Translations under genes and position numbers: made by a program | The notes under the pieces: generated by a model | What the model saw: only the letters and a program-made list of their open reading frames with translations | Told to the model about the DNA's origin: nothing | The model's database searches: none | Shown: positions 13,350 through 26,300 of the stretch, piece after piece | How the letters are laid out: the number at the start of each line of letters is the position of its first letter | Numbering within the stretch: position 1 is the first letter of the stretch | Assembly (NCBI GenBank): GCA_021613535.1 | Contig: CP075492.1 | Location: forward strand, 930,001 to 994,000 | Length of the DNA stretch: 64,000 nt | Direction of reading: 5' to 3' | DNA from: Adineta vaga | Taxonomy: Eukaryota; Animalia; Rotifera

Positions 13350-13819
13350 GAATTTGAATAAGACATTCAATCAATGAAAACTATCGTATTAAAACTATAT
13401 TTTTCTTTTTTATTACACATTTAAAAGAGATATTCGATATTGTTCGTTAATCTGAAAAGAAATTATACAAAAAGAAAAAGAAAAGTATTGAAAATATTAT
13501 TTCTAATCTAAAGTCATTTAGTAGAATGTACATCTGTTTGATTTGGATCAACATAATTTTATCAACAATGATTCATATAAAAATTTGTCACAGAAATCAT
13601 TTTGAAACACAAAAATAAAATTTAATTTCTTATATAAAAATTAGTGTTATAGTATTAATTAAATTGATTTGTATTCAATACTAAAAATCCATTTGTAATT
13701 GATTATCATAATTGTGTACAGCATATATAAATATAAATTTCGATAAGAACTATTAATGTTAATTGTTTATCTAATTTCATGTTGAACAGATGGGTTTATT
13801 CGAGTTGTTAATGGAAGAA

Positions 13820-13854
13820 GAGTGTGAGTGAAGAAGATACACTCACACCTACCC
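13820..13854. repeat. Short telomere-like hairpin unit
   Basis: gagtgtgagtg..cactcacacctaccc. Confidence 0.6.
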
Positions 13855-14129
13855 AATAATAAATAATGACAAATGATCAATTGATAGAAAATGTCATTGA
13901 TATTGTAAATATTAAATGAATAAAATTAAATAATGACATTAAGAAAAGATAAGATATAAAGAAATTCTGTCGAAAAGTTTTTAAATTGAGTAAAAGGATA
14001 TTAATAAGAAATCCACAAATTATAAACTAATGAAAAAGTTCGTAATAGAAGTATAAAGTGCAAACTGTGATCGTGCATTGTAAAGTGGATAGTTTTATAT
14101 GATAAATTAATCTGTAAGTGGATATTTTC

Positions 14130-15055
14130 TAGGAGTAATAAAACGTGAGATCGTCAATGAAGCTGAAATAAAAAAAAATCAGCTGATTAATTCGTTTCTG
14201 AAGTTAAAGCATTGTTACCTTATTATACTGAAGATTTCATATTGAATACAGATCAAGCAGGACTTCAGCTTGAATTTCCATCAACTCGAACTTTGTCATA
14301 TCAAGAAGAAAAGACGACACTTGCCACCGTACGCTCAGTAAATGCAACTACTCATAGTTATACGGTTCAGCCAACAATCAGCATGAGTGGCAAGATCTTT
14401 GATCCTTTTTATATATGTCTCAAAGAAGTGAATGGTCGAATGAGCGATAATATTGAAGCAAATCTTCCACAGCTGAAAAGTGTTATTGTCACATATAGCG
14501 CATCAGGAAAATTAACTACGTCATAAGTTAAATATTGGTGTGATGAGTGTCTTGTTCCATCACTGACTTCGCAATCTGTATTACTTCTTTCTAATCGTTG
14601 GCCTGGACAGACATATGGAAAAGGTATTTATGAATTCGTTAAAAGACTTGGGCGACTAGAAATTCCATGAAAAACAACTTCTTCTATTCAACCGCTAGAC
14701 GTCTTCTTCAACAGAAAATGGAAAGTGATCGTTCGTAGGGTTTACGAACGTATTCTCCTTGATGAGATAGATATACATCTTGCGCAAAGAAATAATATAA
14801 TTCGCCTAAAATCTTTTATTCATAATCAACTCTCATCTCCAGTTTTCATCCCTATGATACAATATGCGTGGTTTAAAAGTGGATGCACTAACGTTGATCC
14901 GCGGCCATTTTAATCAGTTACTGTAGTATGTTTTAAATTCAAACAAGATTACTGTGATGTACATTTATGTGATCAATACGCATTTATTCGATGTAGTCAC
15001 TGCAGCAAAATATTATGTTTTCAGGACTTTTTCGTTAATTTTTCATACCCATGAT
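14130..15055 (+). mobile_element. Decayed pogo/Tc5-like (DDE_1) transposase fragment
   Basis: LNTDQAG, THSYTVQPTIS, IQPLDVFFN and RNNIIRL..IHNQLSS motifs with several stops; same family as the element at 21879..24428. Confidence 0.75.
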
Positions 15056-15915
15056 ATCTGACTAATTTAAACCAGTGCTCTGTTTTCATTATGCTAGTTT
15101 TTTTGCCATAGTAATCACGCAGACATTCAAGAACAATCATACTCAAAAAATTGAAAAAGAGAAGAAAAAGTCAAGCTTCGGTTTCGACAGTAGACAGCTA
15201 ATTGAATTGAAGTCATTTTTGAACGAACCGCTTGTTTACCCATTCGATCTTTTCGTTTCGTAACCCTACTTAATCCTGTTCTTTTCCTGTTTTCTCGACA
15301 ACGTCGAGCTCTTCCAGTACCTGAAAGAACCATAATTTACAGAAACAAAATCACTGTTCAATATGAAATTAACAAGTATTTTAACTAAAATTATATAAAG
15401 TTAGAGACTTTTGAAAAATTTTGCCACAAAAAACTAATAAAAATCTATGATATTTTATAAGCCAAAAATGACCATGAAATGTATCGAGTATTTTATCAAT
15501 TTCTTGTTCCCGATGATTTTTTGTTCGTAGTTTATGATGTAACATACGAAAATGTAATTTAGTAAGTTTTATTAAATATCATTCGATTAATAATTTTCAA
15601 TCATTTCCAAGATTTTATTTTAAATACAATAATTCAGCAAGTCTTTCGAATATTCGAATTAATTGATTAGGATTTCAAAAATATGTTAGATTTAATTTCG
15701 TAAGTTTTTATATAGCCATCATTCGAGCTCGAAAAGGAAATTAATAAGTAAGATGTACAGATAAATATTGTAAATTAGGTGTTTGCTGCATTAATTCAAT
15801 CAATTCATTTCATATCAAATCAATATTTTCTAAAGTTAAATATTGAAAGACTAGTTGAAGGTACGAATGGTGTAGGAAAATTTATATATCGTAGATTATA
15901 AATGGAAAGAGATTG

Positions 15916-15968
15916 TGAGGGTGTGGATGTTATTATTCCTCTAAACTCATAACTACACCCTCAAGATG
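15916..15968. repeat. Telomere-like inverted-arm hairpin unit
   Basis: tgagggtgtggatgt...actacaccctcaagatg; 53 bp upstream of the tRNA. Confidence 0.85.
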
Positions 15969-16021
15969 CGTAAATCATAGACATCCCTTTATGTTTAATA
16001 GTAATAATTGATTATGCATAA

Positions 16022-16092
16022 GGCCCAGTGTTTCAGTGGTAGAATGTTCGCTTTGGAAGCGAGCGACCCAGGTTCGATTCCTGGCTGGGCCC
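16022..16092 (+). tRNA. tRNA-Pro(TGG), atypical Gly-like body
   Basis: Acceptor GGCCCAG/CTGGGCC + C73; anticodon arm TTCGC-TT TGG AA-GCGAG; T arm CCAGG TTCGATT CCTGG; downstream T-run terminator. Confidence 0.85.
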
Positions 16093-16498
16093 CATTTTTT
16101 TTACTCGTATCCTTTTGCAATGCACGTGCAGTGAAAAGTGATTGGTAGATGATCGACAACCTTTCTTTCTATGTGATTAAGCGTTATGATAGGGTACATG
16201 AATTTTTTGAAAAGAATATGATAAAAGCTCTTCATAGAGGCGCAACTCAATACATAGAATAACAGACTCTTCTACAGAAAGATAAAATTTAAAAGGAACA
16301 ATAATTACTTTCTTACTCTCGTTGAAATATGACTCATTTCTTTGTGTTATTGCATCATGAGAGAACGACAGAATATCAAATTCTATATGCTATTTTATGA
16401 ATAGGTTACACTTTAGAAAAAAGGATAAAAAAATGTCGATTCTCGAAAGTTTAATTTCAATTTTACGTTTACATTCAAAGAAATGAGAGAATAAAATT

Positions 16499-16569
16499 GG
16501 GCCCAGCCAGGAATCGAACCTGAGTCGCTCGCTTCCGAAACGAACATTCTACCACTGAAACACTAAGCC
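16499..16569 (-). tRNA. tRNA-Pro(CGG)-like, inverted paralog of 16022..16092
   Basis: Reverse complement GGCTTAGTGTTTCAGTGGTAGAATGTTCGTTTCGGAAGCGAGCGACTCAGGTTCGATTCCTGGCTGGGCCC; the stem changes create G-U pairs. Confidence 0.75.
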
Positions 16570-17113
16570 TTATAGCATTGAAAAGATATTAACTATTCAT
16601 AGATTCTAGTATATATTCTCTTGTTCGACATGCATTTAGAATAATTTTTGCCGATATATGAGAATATACACGAAGCAAGTAATGTATGGCGTTCCCAATC
16701 ATTTAACTTTACGCGTACAAAACGAAATATGAGAATAGTTTGAATTAGAGCAGAGAGAACAGTGATGGTAGATGCGACCTAGAGTTCTTTCTGAGTTTCA
16801 AATTGTTTGTTCAACATTTCATCGAAAATCATCGTATGTTTAAACGTTTTCACTAACTCGAATAATCAAGAAAGCAAGGGAGAAAGTTCAGGTTAGGTGC
16901 CTGCACTTTTCTCCTTGAAAAGACATCACCTATCGATGAAAAGCAGAAATCTCTCGAAATATATTTACGAAGCGACCAATGGGCAAAGTTTTTATTGATA
17001 GGCAAAAATGGTTGATCTAATAAAGCACTGGTAGAGCACAAAAAATAAGAAAATCAAATAAGATTCTTTTAATCAAAAATGCATTAAAAACTAAGCATGA
17101 GTCAGGTGTGTTT

Positions 17114-18313
17114 TTAGTCTCTTTTAATGTTCTTGTTTATAACATTAATATTTTGAATTGAATCACTAAAATCAAAACGGCAAGAATTCATTTGTATATA
17201 TAATTTCAATATTTCATCTGGATTTATATCGAGATCTTTATAAATGTATGCAGCAGCAAGACCGTTCAGCCTACTTTCTTTCATTGTAGATCGACAATAA
17301 CTTTTAATTCTCGATAGTTGACAGAAATTTCTTTCAGCAGAAGCTGTTGACACAAATAATGTTGGCAAGAAAATTAATAGATAACGAATATTAGGATATA
17401 ATACACTGTCTGTCTCTTTGATTATTTCATTTAACCATTTTTTTCCAGTCATCATCTATTTTAAGCAAATCATTACATTTCTTATGTCATCTTTCTAATT
17501 CAGAATTTAAACCTTTGAGGACCGAAAACGCATATATGCGTCTATATTGATTTCTTGAAAAATAAGTAAATATAAATGGATTCAATATTCAATACTCTTC
17601 TCTATGCGTCAAGTCATGTACAATGCAACAAATATATGCTGTTGAACTGCACTCTTTACGAAATAAATGTACTGAGACCTAATTGAATAATTTAATTTTG
17701 TTATGTTTGATGCGTTATGACTTTTAGAAAAAAAGAATCCGGTCTTCAAAGGGTTAAAATAATCTTCAGCTTGACGTTTTCGTTGTTCAAATGTGTCTAA
17801 TAAATTATCAACATATTGATTAGTCGATGCAAAATCCAATGTTTCTGTTTGTAGTAAACGACTTAAGAGAACAACATCTGATAATAAAAAACATGAAATA
17901 CAAGTTGAAATTATATATTGAAAATTAGTTATGACATGATAAATTGCTCAGCAGTTGAATCTTTCAATGTTTCATATCTAAATTTGTCTAATGTATTAAC
18001 AATTGGAATATATAATTCTAAAAATGTTTCAATAGATGTATTTCTATCGATCCAACGAGTATCACATAAACTCAAAAGACGCTTCTTATTTGCTGAAAAA
18101 ATATATTCTCTTTGATAGTTCGTAATTTCGGAACGTAGAGCAAACATTCGTTTTGGTGAATTTTGAAAGAAATTAATTATTTCCTTGATTGTTCCGATCA
18201 GATTACGTATTTGTGGAATACTACAACTGTAGACCAGTCCCAAATTAAGACAATGGTTAGAACAATGCTAATATTCTGCATCGGGACATTTCTTTTTGAT
18301 TAATGCTTGACCT
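17114..18313 (-). mobile_element. Truncated, decayed hAT transposase (ZMYM/PRKRIR-like group)
   Basis: HCSNHCLNL, SPKR, LCDTRW and the dimerisation domain STASAERNF..LSRIKSYCRSTMKESRLNGLA; stops and frameshifts. Confidence 0.85.
17511..17753. mobile_element. piggyBac-type MITE nested in the hAT relic
   Basis: TTAA flanks (17507-10, 17754-57); TIRs acctttgaggaccg / cggtcttcaaaggg. Confidence 0.8.
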
Positions 18314-18353
18314 AGGGTGGGTGTAGGTCTCTTGTATGCACCCACACCATCAA
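18314..18353. repeat. Telomere-like hairpin unit at the hAT truncation point
   Basis: agggtgggtgtagg...gcacccacaccatcaa. Confidence 0.7.
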
Positions 18354-18665
18354 CGTGTTTGAATATATTGTTCTAATAACAGACAGTATCGACTTAAAAA
18401 GATATATAATCTTATCATTTGTTCGCAAACATATAGTTGATGATGAAAACATTATTGTATATATGTATGTATCATATTGATAGAGGCTAATATTGAGAAA
18501 TCAATGTAAAGGTAAATTTCTGTCCTAAGCGGAGGAAGTGACGAAGATTCGTTTTGCATGAAATAGCACGTGTTTGTTATAAACTTTATTTTTGTTGGAA
18601 AATGTAAAAATGAAATGTGATTTTGATTTAATTTTACTCACATAAATCAAAAAATTTAAAATACA

Positions 18666-18703
18666 TAACGCTCGTCGAAGCTGACTCGCTTTACACTCGA
18701 CTG
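18666..18703 (+). repeat. Unclassified ~38-bp dispersed repeat, copy 2 of 3
   Basis: taacgctcgtcgaagctgactcgctttacactcgactg. Confidence 0.75.
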
Positions 18704-19139
18704 GAAAACTTCCTAGAAACATATCTATACTCGTCAGATTGAGCATCAACTGTTTTCAATCTCCTGTCTCCTCTAATATACATCGAGTCTTAAAAAAATT
18801 CTTCCTTTTTATTGGTCTTTTAGATTTTATGTCGAACCAATCCTTTCAGCAAGGTCGAAACTATAGTTGTGATAGCTGCATCTTTGCTTACCCTCACCCT
18901 CATTTTTACGCTGATATAAAGAGAGACGATTGCTTTTAATAACCTTTATTGGATTTAATCTTAAATGTTTGCATTAATAACCATAACATCGACACTTGTT
19001 TCGTTTAGTGCACTGATAGAACTTACAAAGACTCATACTATCTGTGTCTTTTGTTAATTGTGACAAAATAGATTTACAATAATCAAATCTTTCAATTAAT
19101 TTAGATTTTCATTTGTAATATTGTCTTATTCTAACTAAT

Positions 19140-19655
19140 ATGTCACCTGTTTGGATCATCACTTTATATTTCATTTTAACATTGAAAGAAATGGAATCCA
19201 ATCAATGTGAGTAGAGAACATTCTTATGATTTTTATTTTTTCATTGAATATAGTTCGACAAAATTGTAAACTTCCATTGATGTGTCTCTCCAAGAAGTTA
19301 AATGCGGCAGCATTGCAACATTCTCGATGGATGAGTAAGAACAGTAAATTAATTCACGGCACTGGCAAAAGATTTAAAAGTATGTATAAATATCAATTTC
19401 ATAACAATTAAATTGTTTCTTTGTACAGAAAGACTCGTCTAATGAGAAACAAATATCCTTTGAATGATGCAGCGGCTGAAAATATTGCTTTAAATTCTGG
19501 TCGATCTGTACATTATACTGTCAATCAACGGATGAAATCTCCTAAGCATCGTGCCAGTATTCTCAATCCCAACTAAAATCAAGTAATTCAATTTCTCTAT
19601 ACTATATTTTTCGTATAGGTTGGTGTTGGTGCTGATGACAAGAGGTTTTTGATAA
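19140..19655 (+). pseudogene. CAP/SCP-domain secreted protein (bacterial-type CAP), intron-containing, disrupted
   Basis: Signal exon MSPVWIITLYFIL..; LSKKLNAAALQHSRWM; AAENIA..MKSPKHRASILNPN*NQ | VGVG; in-frame TAA. Confidence 0.65.
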
Positions 19656-20307
19656 ATGTAGATTCTCATAGAATTCTTCACTTTTGAATAAAAACTCTTA
19701 AACTTTCGATTTGATTCGACGAGAATATATCGAGGCAGAGTTCTTCACCAAGATGCACAGCACCCTTCCTATATGTATATTAGCTTTTCAATTTATCGTA
19801 AGTAATCTAAAAATTTATGTTAGAATTAGAAATAGATGCTTAGATACATTATCACACAACGATAACATAAAAAATAAAGAGAATGAAAAGGATCATACGT
19901 AATACATTTTGTTATGTTTCATGCGATATGATTTTCAAAAGAAAACATCCAGCCTTCGACGAGTTAAACTACATTTCTACAGAGAATTGAGAGTGTCCAT
20001 ATGGATAAAAATGTGATTATAGATATTAGTAGTTAGCTTTCACCTTCTTCCTGAATATTAATAAAACAATCTTCATTGACATCAATGAAATTCTTCTATG
20101 ACTTTAAACATCACGTTCTTAATAGTTGTATCAGTGTTATATCAAATATGCGTGACAAATTTTCATTTTGATCTAAAACATGATAAAATAAAAATCCTGA
20201 CAATAATCGATTGACGTCAATGATATCTTTTTTTTATTTGAATAATTTTAATCATGTTTAAATCATTTATATATCAAAGTTTTTCTTAACAAAGATTATC
20301 ATTTTAT

Positions 20308-23300
20308 TATGGATATCGATATGTGGATTTCAATTCTTTTCATTTTGTTTAATCGAATTTCAGGTTATTTTATTGAAAAAAATGAAATTATTTCGATCTT
20401 TTAAGATTTATTTTAGCTATTTCATATAATCAACCAAAATTTTGTTCAAATGCAACTTGGAATAAATATGCAACTACTTTTGCTAATCAAACTATTCTTG
20501 GACAATACCCTCTTGTTCTTTTTGTCAATACAAATAATACAATTTATGTTGTTAATCGACAGAAAAACGAAATTATTGTTTGGTTTAATCAAAGTTCAAA
20601 TCCAACAAAAGTTATTCTGAAGAATATGTTCAGTCCATCTTCCATCTTTGTTACAAATCTTGGTGATATTTTGATTGATAATGGGGACGAAGGTCGAGTT
20701 GATCAATGGATTTCACAGACTGATAGTTTTATCAACGTGATGAATGTTGATGGAAAATGTTCTGGTCTGTTTGTTGATAAAAATAACTCTTTATATTGTT
20801 CAGTGGAACTGAAACATAAAGTAGTGAAAAGATGGTTGAAAGACAATAGTTTAACGGCAAAAATTGTTGCTGGCAATGGTAATCAAGGTTCTACTCCCAA
20901 TCAACTTCATAATCCTAACAGAATATTCGTTGATGATAATCTTGATTTATATGTACCAGATATGGGTAATAATCGTATTCAACAATTTAAATTTGGTCAA
21001 CTAAATGGAATAACAAAAGCAGGACAAGGATCTTCAAATTTTACAATAACACTAAATCGTCCAACTGGAATTATTTTAGATGGAAATAAATATCTTTTTA
21101 TAGTAGATCAAGGAAATCATCGTATAGTTGGATCAGATAAAAATGGTTTTCGGTGTTTAGTTGGATGTGATGGAGAAGGTTCACAATCTCATCAATTATA
21201 TTATCCGATTGTTTTTAGTTTTGATATTGATGGAAATCTATTTGTTAGTGATTACGGAAATAATCGAACTCAAAAATTTCTATTTGAAAAAGATTCCTGT
21301 CCTAGTAAGTGAAACAAAAGTAAAAAAATACTTCTTTTTGATTGATCATTGACGAAATTCAACATAAAATACAGAAAACGATTTTATTTTATTATAAAAT
21401 TCATTTTTTTTCATTTCTAAAGATTCAGCAAATCTCTGTTCAACTTCAATCGGATCAAATGAAGGTTTTATTTTTTCGAAATATAATTTCTTAATAAAAC
21501 TCAACTTTTCTATTCTCTTAGATAAAACAACTTCTTCACCAAAAGTAACAGAAATTTCAACAAGTAAAATCTATTTTGTTTTTATCAAAAGTAACATTTA
21601 TTTTATTCTTTTCTAAAGATGAATTAACAACAATTGAAAGACAAACACCTATTTCACAAGGTAAATTTTCTTTTAATAATGAAATTATTTTAATACTAAT
21701 TGAGAAAAATATTTTCTTGAATGGAAATATAATTAGAAAAAGAAGAAATTAAATTCAAAAGAAAATCTTTACGTTTTTTCTTATTTAAATTCAGTTTTAT
21801 TAATAATAATGATTTGATTTATTATTTAATCTTTAAATTATCAATAAAATTTTATTTTCAATCATTTTTTTCTTTATTCCTCTATGGTGTATGAAAAACT
21901 TCCAAAGGATTTTGGCCCTTAGAGCTTTTCTCCCAAGATATCGAATTTCTACGATATGAGATGAAACAATAAGAATGAAACATTCAATGATGAGTTTTCT
22001 TGAGAGCAGTAAAACATCAGCAGTTGCAATTTGTTTTCGGTTTTGTATACTACTTGTCGCATCTAGTCTGGATATTAACAGCAAGATTAGAGTCTATTTA
22101 GAATGATCCCATTCTTACTTTATGAACTAAGAGAACAGATAAAGTTCTTATTTAATTTTTCGAAAGAAAATCAATGAAAATGGTAGTTTAAGAGAAAATG
22201 ATTGAAACATATTGCTTTCTCATACCAGCTGCAGCAGATGAACGGGGCCGCGTCACAGGACGAGGACAGCGCATAATGAATCGTGAAACGAGAAACAAAC
22301 TTCGACTACTGTTTTAAACGGTCCGGGATCGATATCTGTATAACCACTAGCGTACCAAGCATATTGAATCATTCGATGAAAAGCTTTAGATGAGAGCTGA
22401 TTATGAGTTAAAGATATGAGACGAATAATATTATTTCGTTCACTCATGTTGATATCAAGTTCGTCGAGCATCACACGATCATAGATTCGACGTGAGATTA
22501 CTTTCATTTGCCTATTGAAAAAGACATCTAACGGTTGAATTCGACTTGTTGCTTTTTGGGGTATCTCCAGTCGCTGACATCCCGAAATATTATCATATAA
22601 TCTTTTGGTATCCGATTGTCCTCCCCCAACAGTCTGAGATAAGTAAGCACTTCTTTAGTTGTCCAAGTAATGGAACGAAAACATGATCACGCTAATATTC
22701 AACTAGAGGTCTCGTAAGCTTTCCAGAGCTGCTGCAAGTCACAACCACATTTGATGCTTTGAAAAGATGCGATGTCCCTAGGCTCTTTTAAACACAAGTA
22801 CACTGGTGAAAGGAATAGACCATTGAGAATAAGTAGTAGGCTGTACTGTTATAGTTGTGCAGAGTAGAATGAAGTTCAAGTTCAATTCCACTTTGATCAG
22901 TATTCATAACCTCGTTCGCGTGATAATTCTCCAAACGCTCTCGGACATCAGCCACGAATTGATAAGCTAGAATTTCGATCGTTTCTTGATTTTGTGTTTC
23001 CTGTTTTGTTACAATCTATCAAAAATAAACATTCATAACTAGTATAATCTAAAGATAATTTTCAAACTAATCAAGACTTTTCATAAAAAACAAAGGATTA
23101 CAGAACTTGTTAAAGATTGTCTTTTCAAGTTTATGTGACTGCTGAACACAAAGATATTTTACATGTATTGTTCATTTCTATAAATCCTTTTACCTTTGTA
23201 ACTTTGCGCGAGACAATATCATGTTTATGTTTAAATATATAAAGCCAATGACTTGAAGCAGCGAAGTTGTGCAACGATTCATCCATAGCTTTCTTCATCG

Positions 23301-26300
23301 CCCATCGTCGTAGGTCAACTTCATGCACAGGTAGAGAGTTCCCTCGAGCCCGTTCGAATATATCAATCTTTTGTTTTTTTGTTCCTTGTTTTTCAAGATA
23401 ATGACGAAATCGAGTTATATAACTTTGATGTGGAATGCGTTTAAAACAATGTTTCACCGTCGCTTTCGTTGACCTCTTTTTGGCTTGATTTCGTCGTAGA
23501 AATCGACTGCTCGAGTCATATATTCGAGTGAGAACTTTTTACATAATACAGCTTCTTCATTTTCTTCACCTGGATAATCGGAATCAGATGGATCGTCGAC
23601 CTCATCTTCCTCGTTCTCTATTTCACCATTCATTTCATTTTCGATTGCTCCATGATCGAGAGTAGTTTCGACTTGAACACTATGTGAATGACTAGTCACT
23701 ATTTACTCAAGAAGATCACATAGTATATGGGCTACTTCTTATTCTTTATTTGTGGGTGTAGTCCCTGAAGCACTTGAAGAAACTGGTGGTAACAAACTTG
23801 AGGCTTGATCGACGAAAATCTTTACGATATTCGATAGATTAATCATTTCAAAATGAAGAAGAAGACTGAAAGCAGTGATTTTCTTGCGTTACACTTATAT
23901 CTTGTAAACGATAAAATCAAAAAAAGAACGTTTGCACACGATAAGACACGTATAATAAAAGAATAAGAACGCAAAACATTCATCATTAAAGCGAGATCGT
24001 ATGCTAACAGAGAGAAAAGAATAACAAGAATGGTAGTATATTAATGTGTGCCATTCATCAAAAATTATGTTTCGAAATGGTATGAAAAATTAAACAAGAA
24101 CTTTATCTGTTCTCTTAGTTCATAAAGTAAGAATGGGATCATTCTAAATAGACTCTAATCTTGCTGTTAATATCCAGACTAGATGCGACAAGTAGTATAC
24201 AAAACCGAAAACAAATTGCAACTGCTGATGTTTTACTGCTCTCAAGAAAACTCATCATTGAATGTTTCATTCTTATTGTTTCATCTCATATCGTAGAAAT
24301 TCGATATCTTGGGAAAAAAGCCCTAAGGGCCAAAATCTTTTGGAGGTTTTTCATACACCATTGAGGTCTAGTTATGGCCAAAAGATGGGCTTTAAACTCG
24401 GTAATCACTTCGGGAGGTTCCCTTGTTAAATTTAATCTGAAATTAATCAGAAAATATCCTTTTTTATTTCAAAGTTTGATAAATATACCAAATACCTTTC
24501 GAACATTTTCCATTAATTGTTATAATAGTTGATGTTAGAATATATTTTAGAACTTTTGAAAAAGATTATGTTATTTAGAAAGATCCTCTATAGATTTTAT
24601 TCTCTTCATTGAAAAATATATAGATAAGCAGAGATCAATTCTCTCATCTGCAAACTATTTTTCATGTCGTTGATTATGAATATGGAAGTTTTCATTCTTT
24701 AAACATAGTTTTATTTGATAGTTCTATCATTTAATCAACCAAAGTTTTGTTCCAATGCAATATGGAATAAATATGCAATTACTTTTGCTAATCAAACCAT
24801 TGTTGGAACAAATCCTTATGGTCTTTTTATCAATACAAATAATACAATTTATGTTGTTAATCAACAGGAAAATGAAATTCTTATTTGGTTTAATCAGAGT
24901 TCAAACCCAAATAAAGTTATTTCGGGAGATTTTTTATATCTACATTCCATCTTTGTTACAAATCTTGGTGATATTTTTATTGATAATGGTGGATCGAATG
25001 GTCGAGTTGATCAATGGATTTCAAAGACTAATAGTTTTATCAATGTGATGAATGTTGATTCATATTGTCATGGTCTTTTTATTGATCAAAACTATTCTTT
25101 ATATTGTTCAATACGAGATAAACATAAAGTAGTGAAACGATGGTTGAAAGACAATAACTTAACAGCAAGAATTGTTGCTGGTAATGGTAATCAAGGTCCT
25201 ACTCGCAATCAACTTAATTCTCCTCACGGAATATTTGTGGATGATAATTTTGATTTATATGTAGCAGATTATAATAATAAGCGTATTCAAATGTTTGAAT
25301 TTGGAGAATCGAATGGAATAACAAAAGCAGGACAAGGATCTTCAAATGTTACAATTCAACTTTATAACCCAAGTGGAATTGTTTTAGATGGAAATAAATA
25401 TCTTTTTATTGTGGATAATGGAAATCATCGTATAATTGGATCAAATGAAAATGGTTTTCGATGTTTAGTTGGATGTGATGGAGAAGGTTCACAATCTCAT
25501 CAATTATATTATCCAGTTACTTTCAGTTTTGATATTGATGGAAATCTATTTGTTATTGATGAAGGAAATCATCGAACTCAAAAATTTCTATTTGAAAAAA
25601 ATTCATGTTCAAGTAAGTAAACTTTTCAATGAATAAAACTTGAAAATAAATTCATTTTTAGATAAAGTATTCACAATTCAAATGACAACAGAAAATGAAG
25701 AAAGTTCGTTCAAATTCTATTATTGAAATGAAAATATTTTTCTTTTAATAAAATAGATTCTCAAACAACAACAAAAACGAAGCAAATATCAACAAATTCT
25801 TTTCGAAATGAAATAAAAGAATGTGAAAATCCTAAAACTCATCTAGTTCCTCATTCCATACCTTCATCACCAATTCAAATTCATCGAAATCGTGATTTTT
25901 ATATTTTATCGAAGGTGAAATTGAGTTGTTTAAAATCTTTTCAATTTAAGTCTGAATGGAAAATTCGAAATGCAACAGATGAATTATTCTTTCCATCAAT
26001 TGATACAACAACAAATGAATTATATATTCCGTCAATGATACTTCCATATGGAATCTATGAATTTCAATTAACAGTTACACAGATCGATTATTCAAACGTC
26101 CGATCATCTCAATCAATTTATATTCAAGTGAATCCAACAGAAATTACAGCAAATCTTGTTCCATTAGGAACATCAATGATAACATCAGGATATCAACAAG
26201 ATCTTTATTTAAATCCAGGAAATTCTTCGGATGATCCAGATGGTTTTCCATTCAATTCATCAGTAAGATTCTTCGTCTTCTTCTTTTTTTTTTATTCAAT

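Noticed and set aside
21833-24364. Two near-identical ORFs MLLISRLDATSS.. on opposite strands
   Set aside because: They are the two arms of the transposon TIR; no coding evidence
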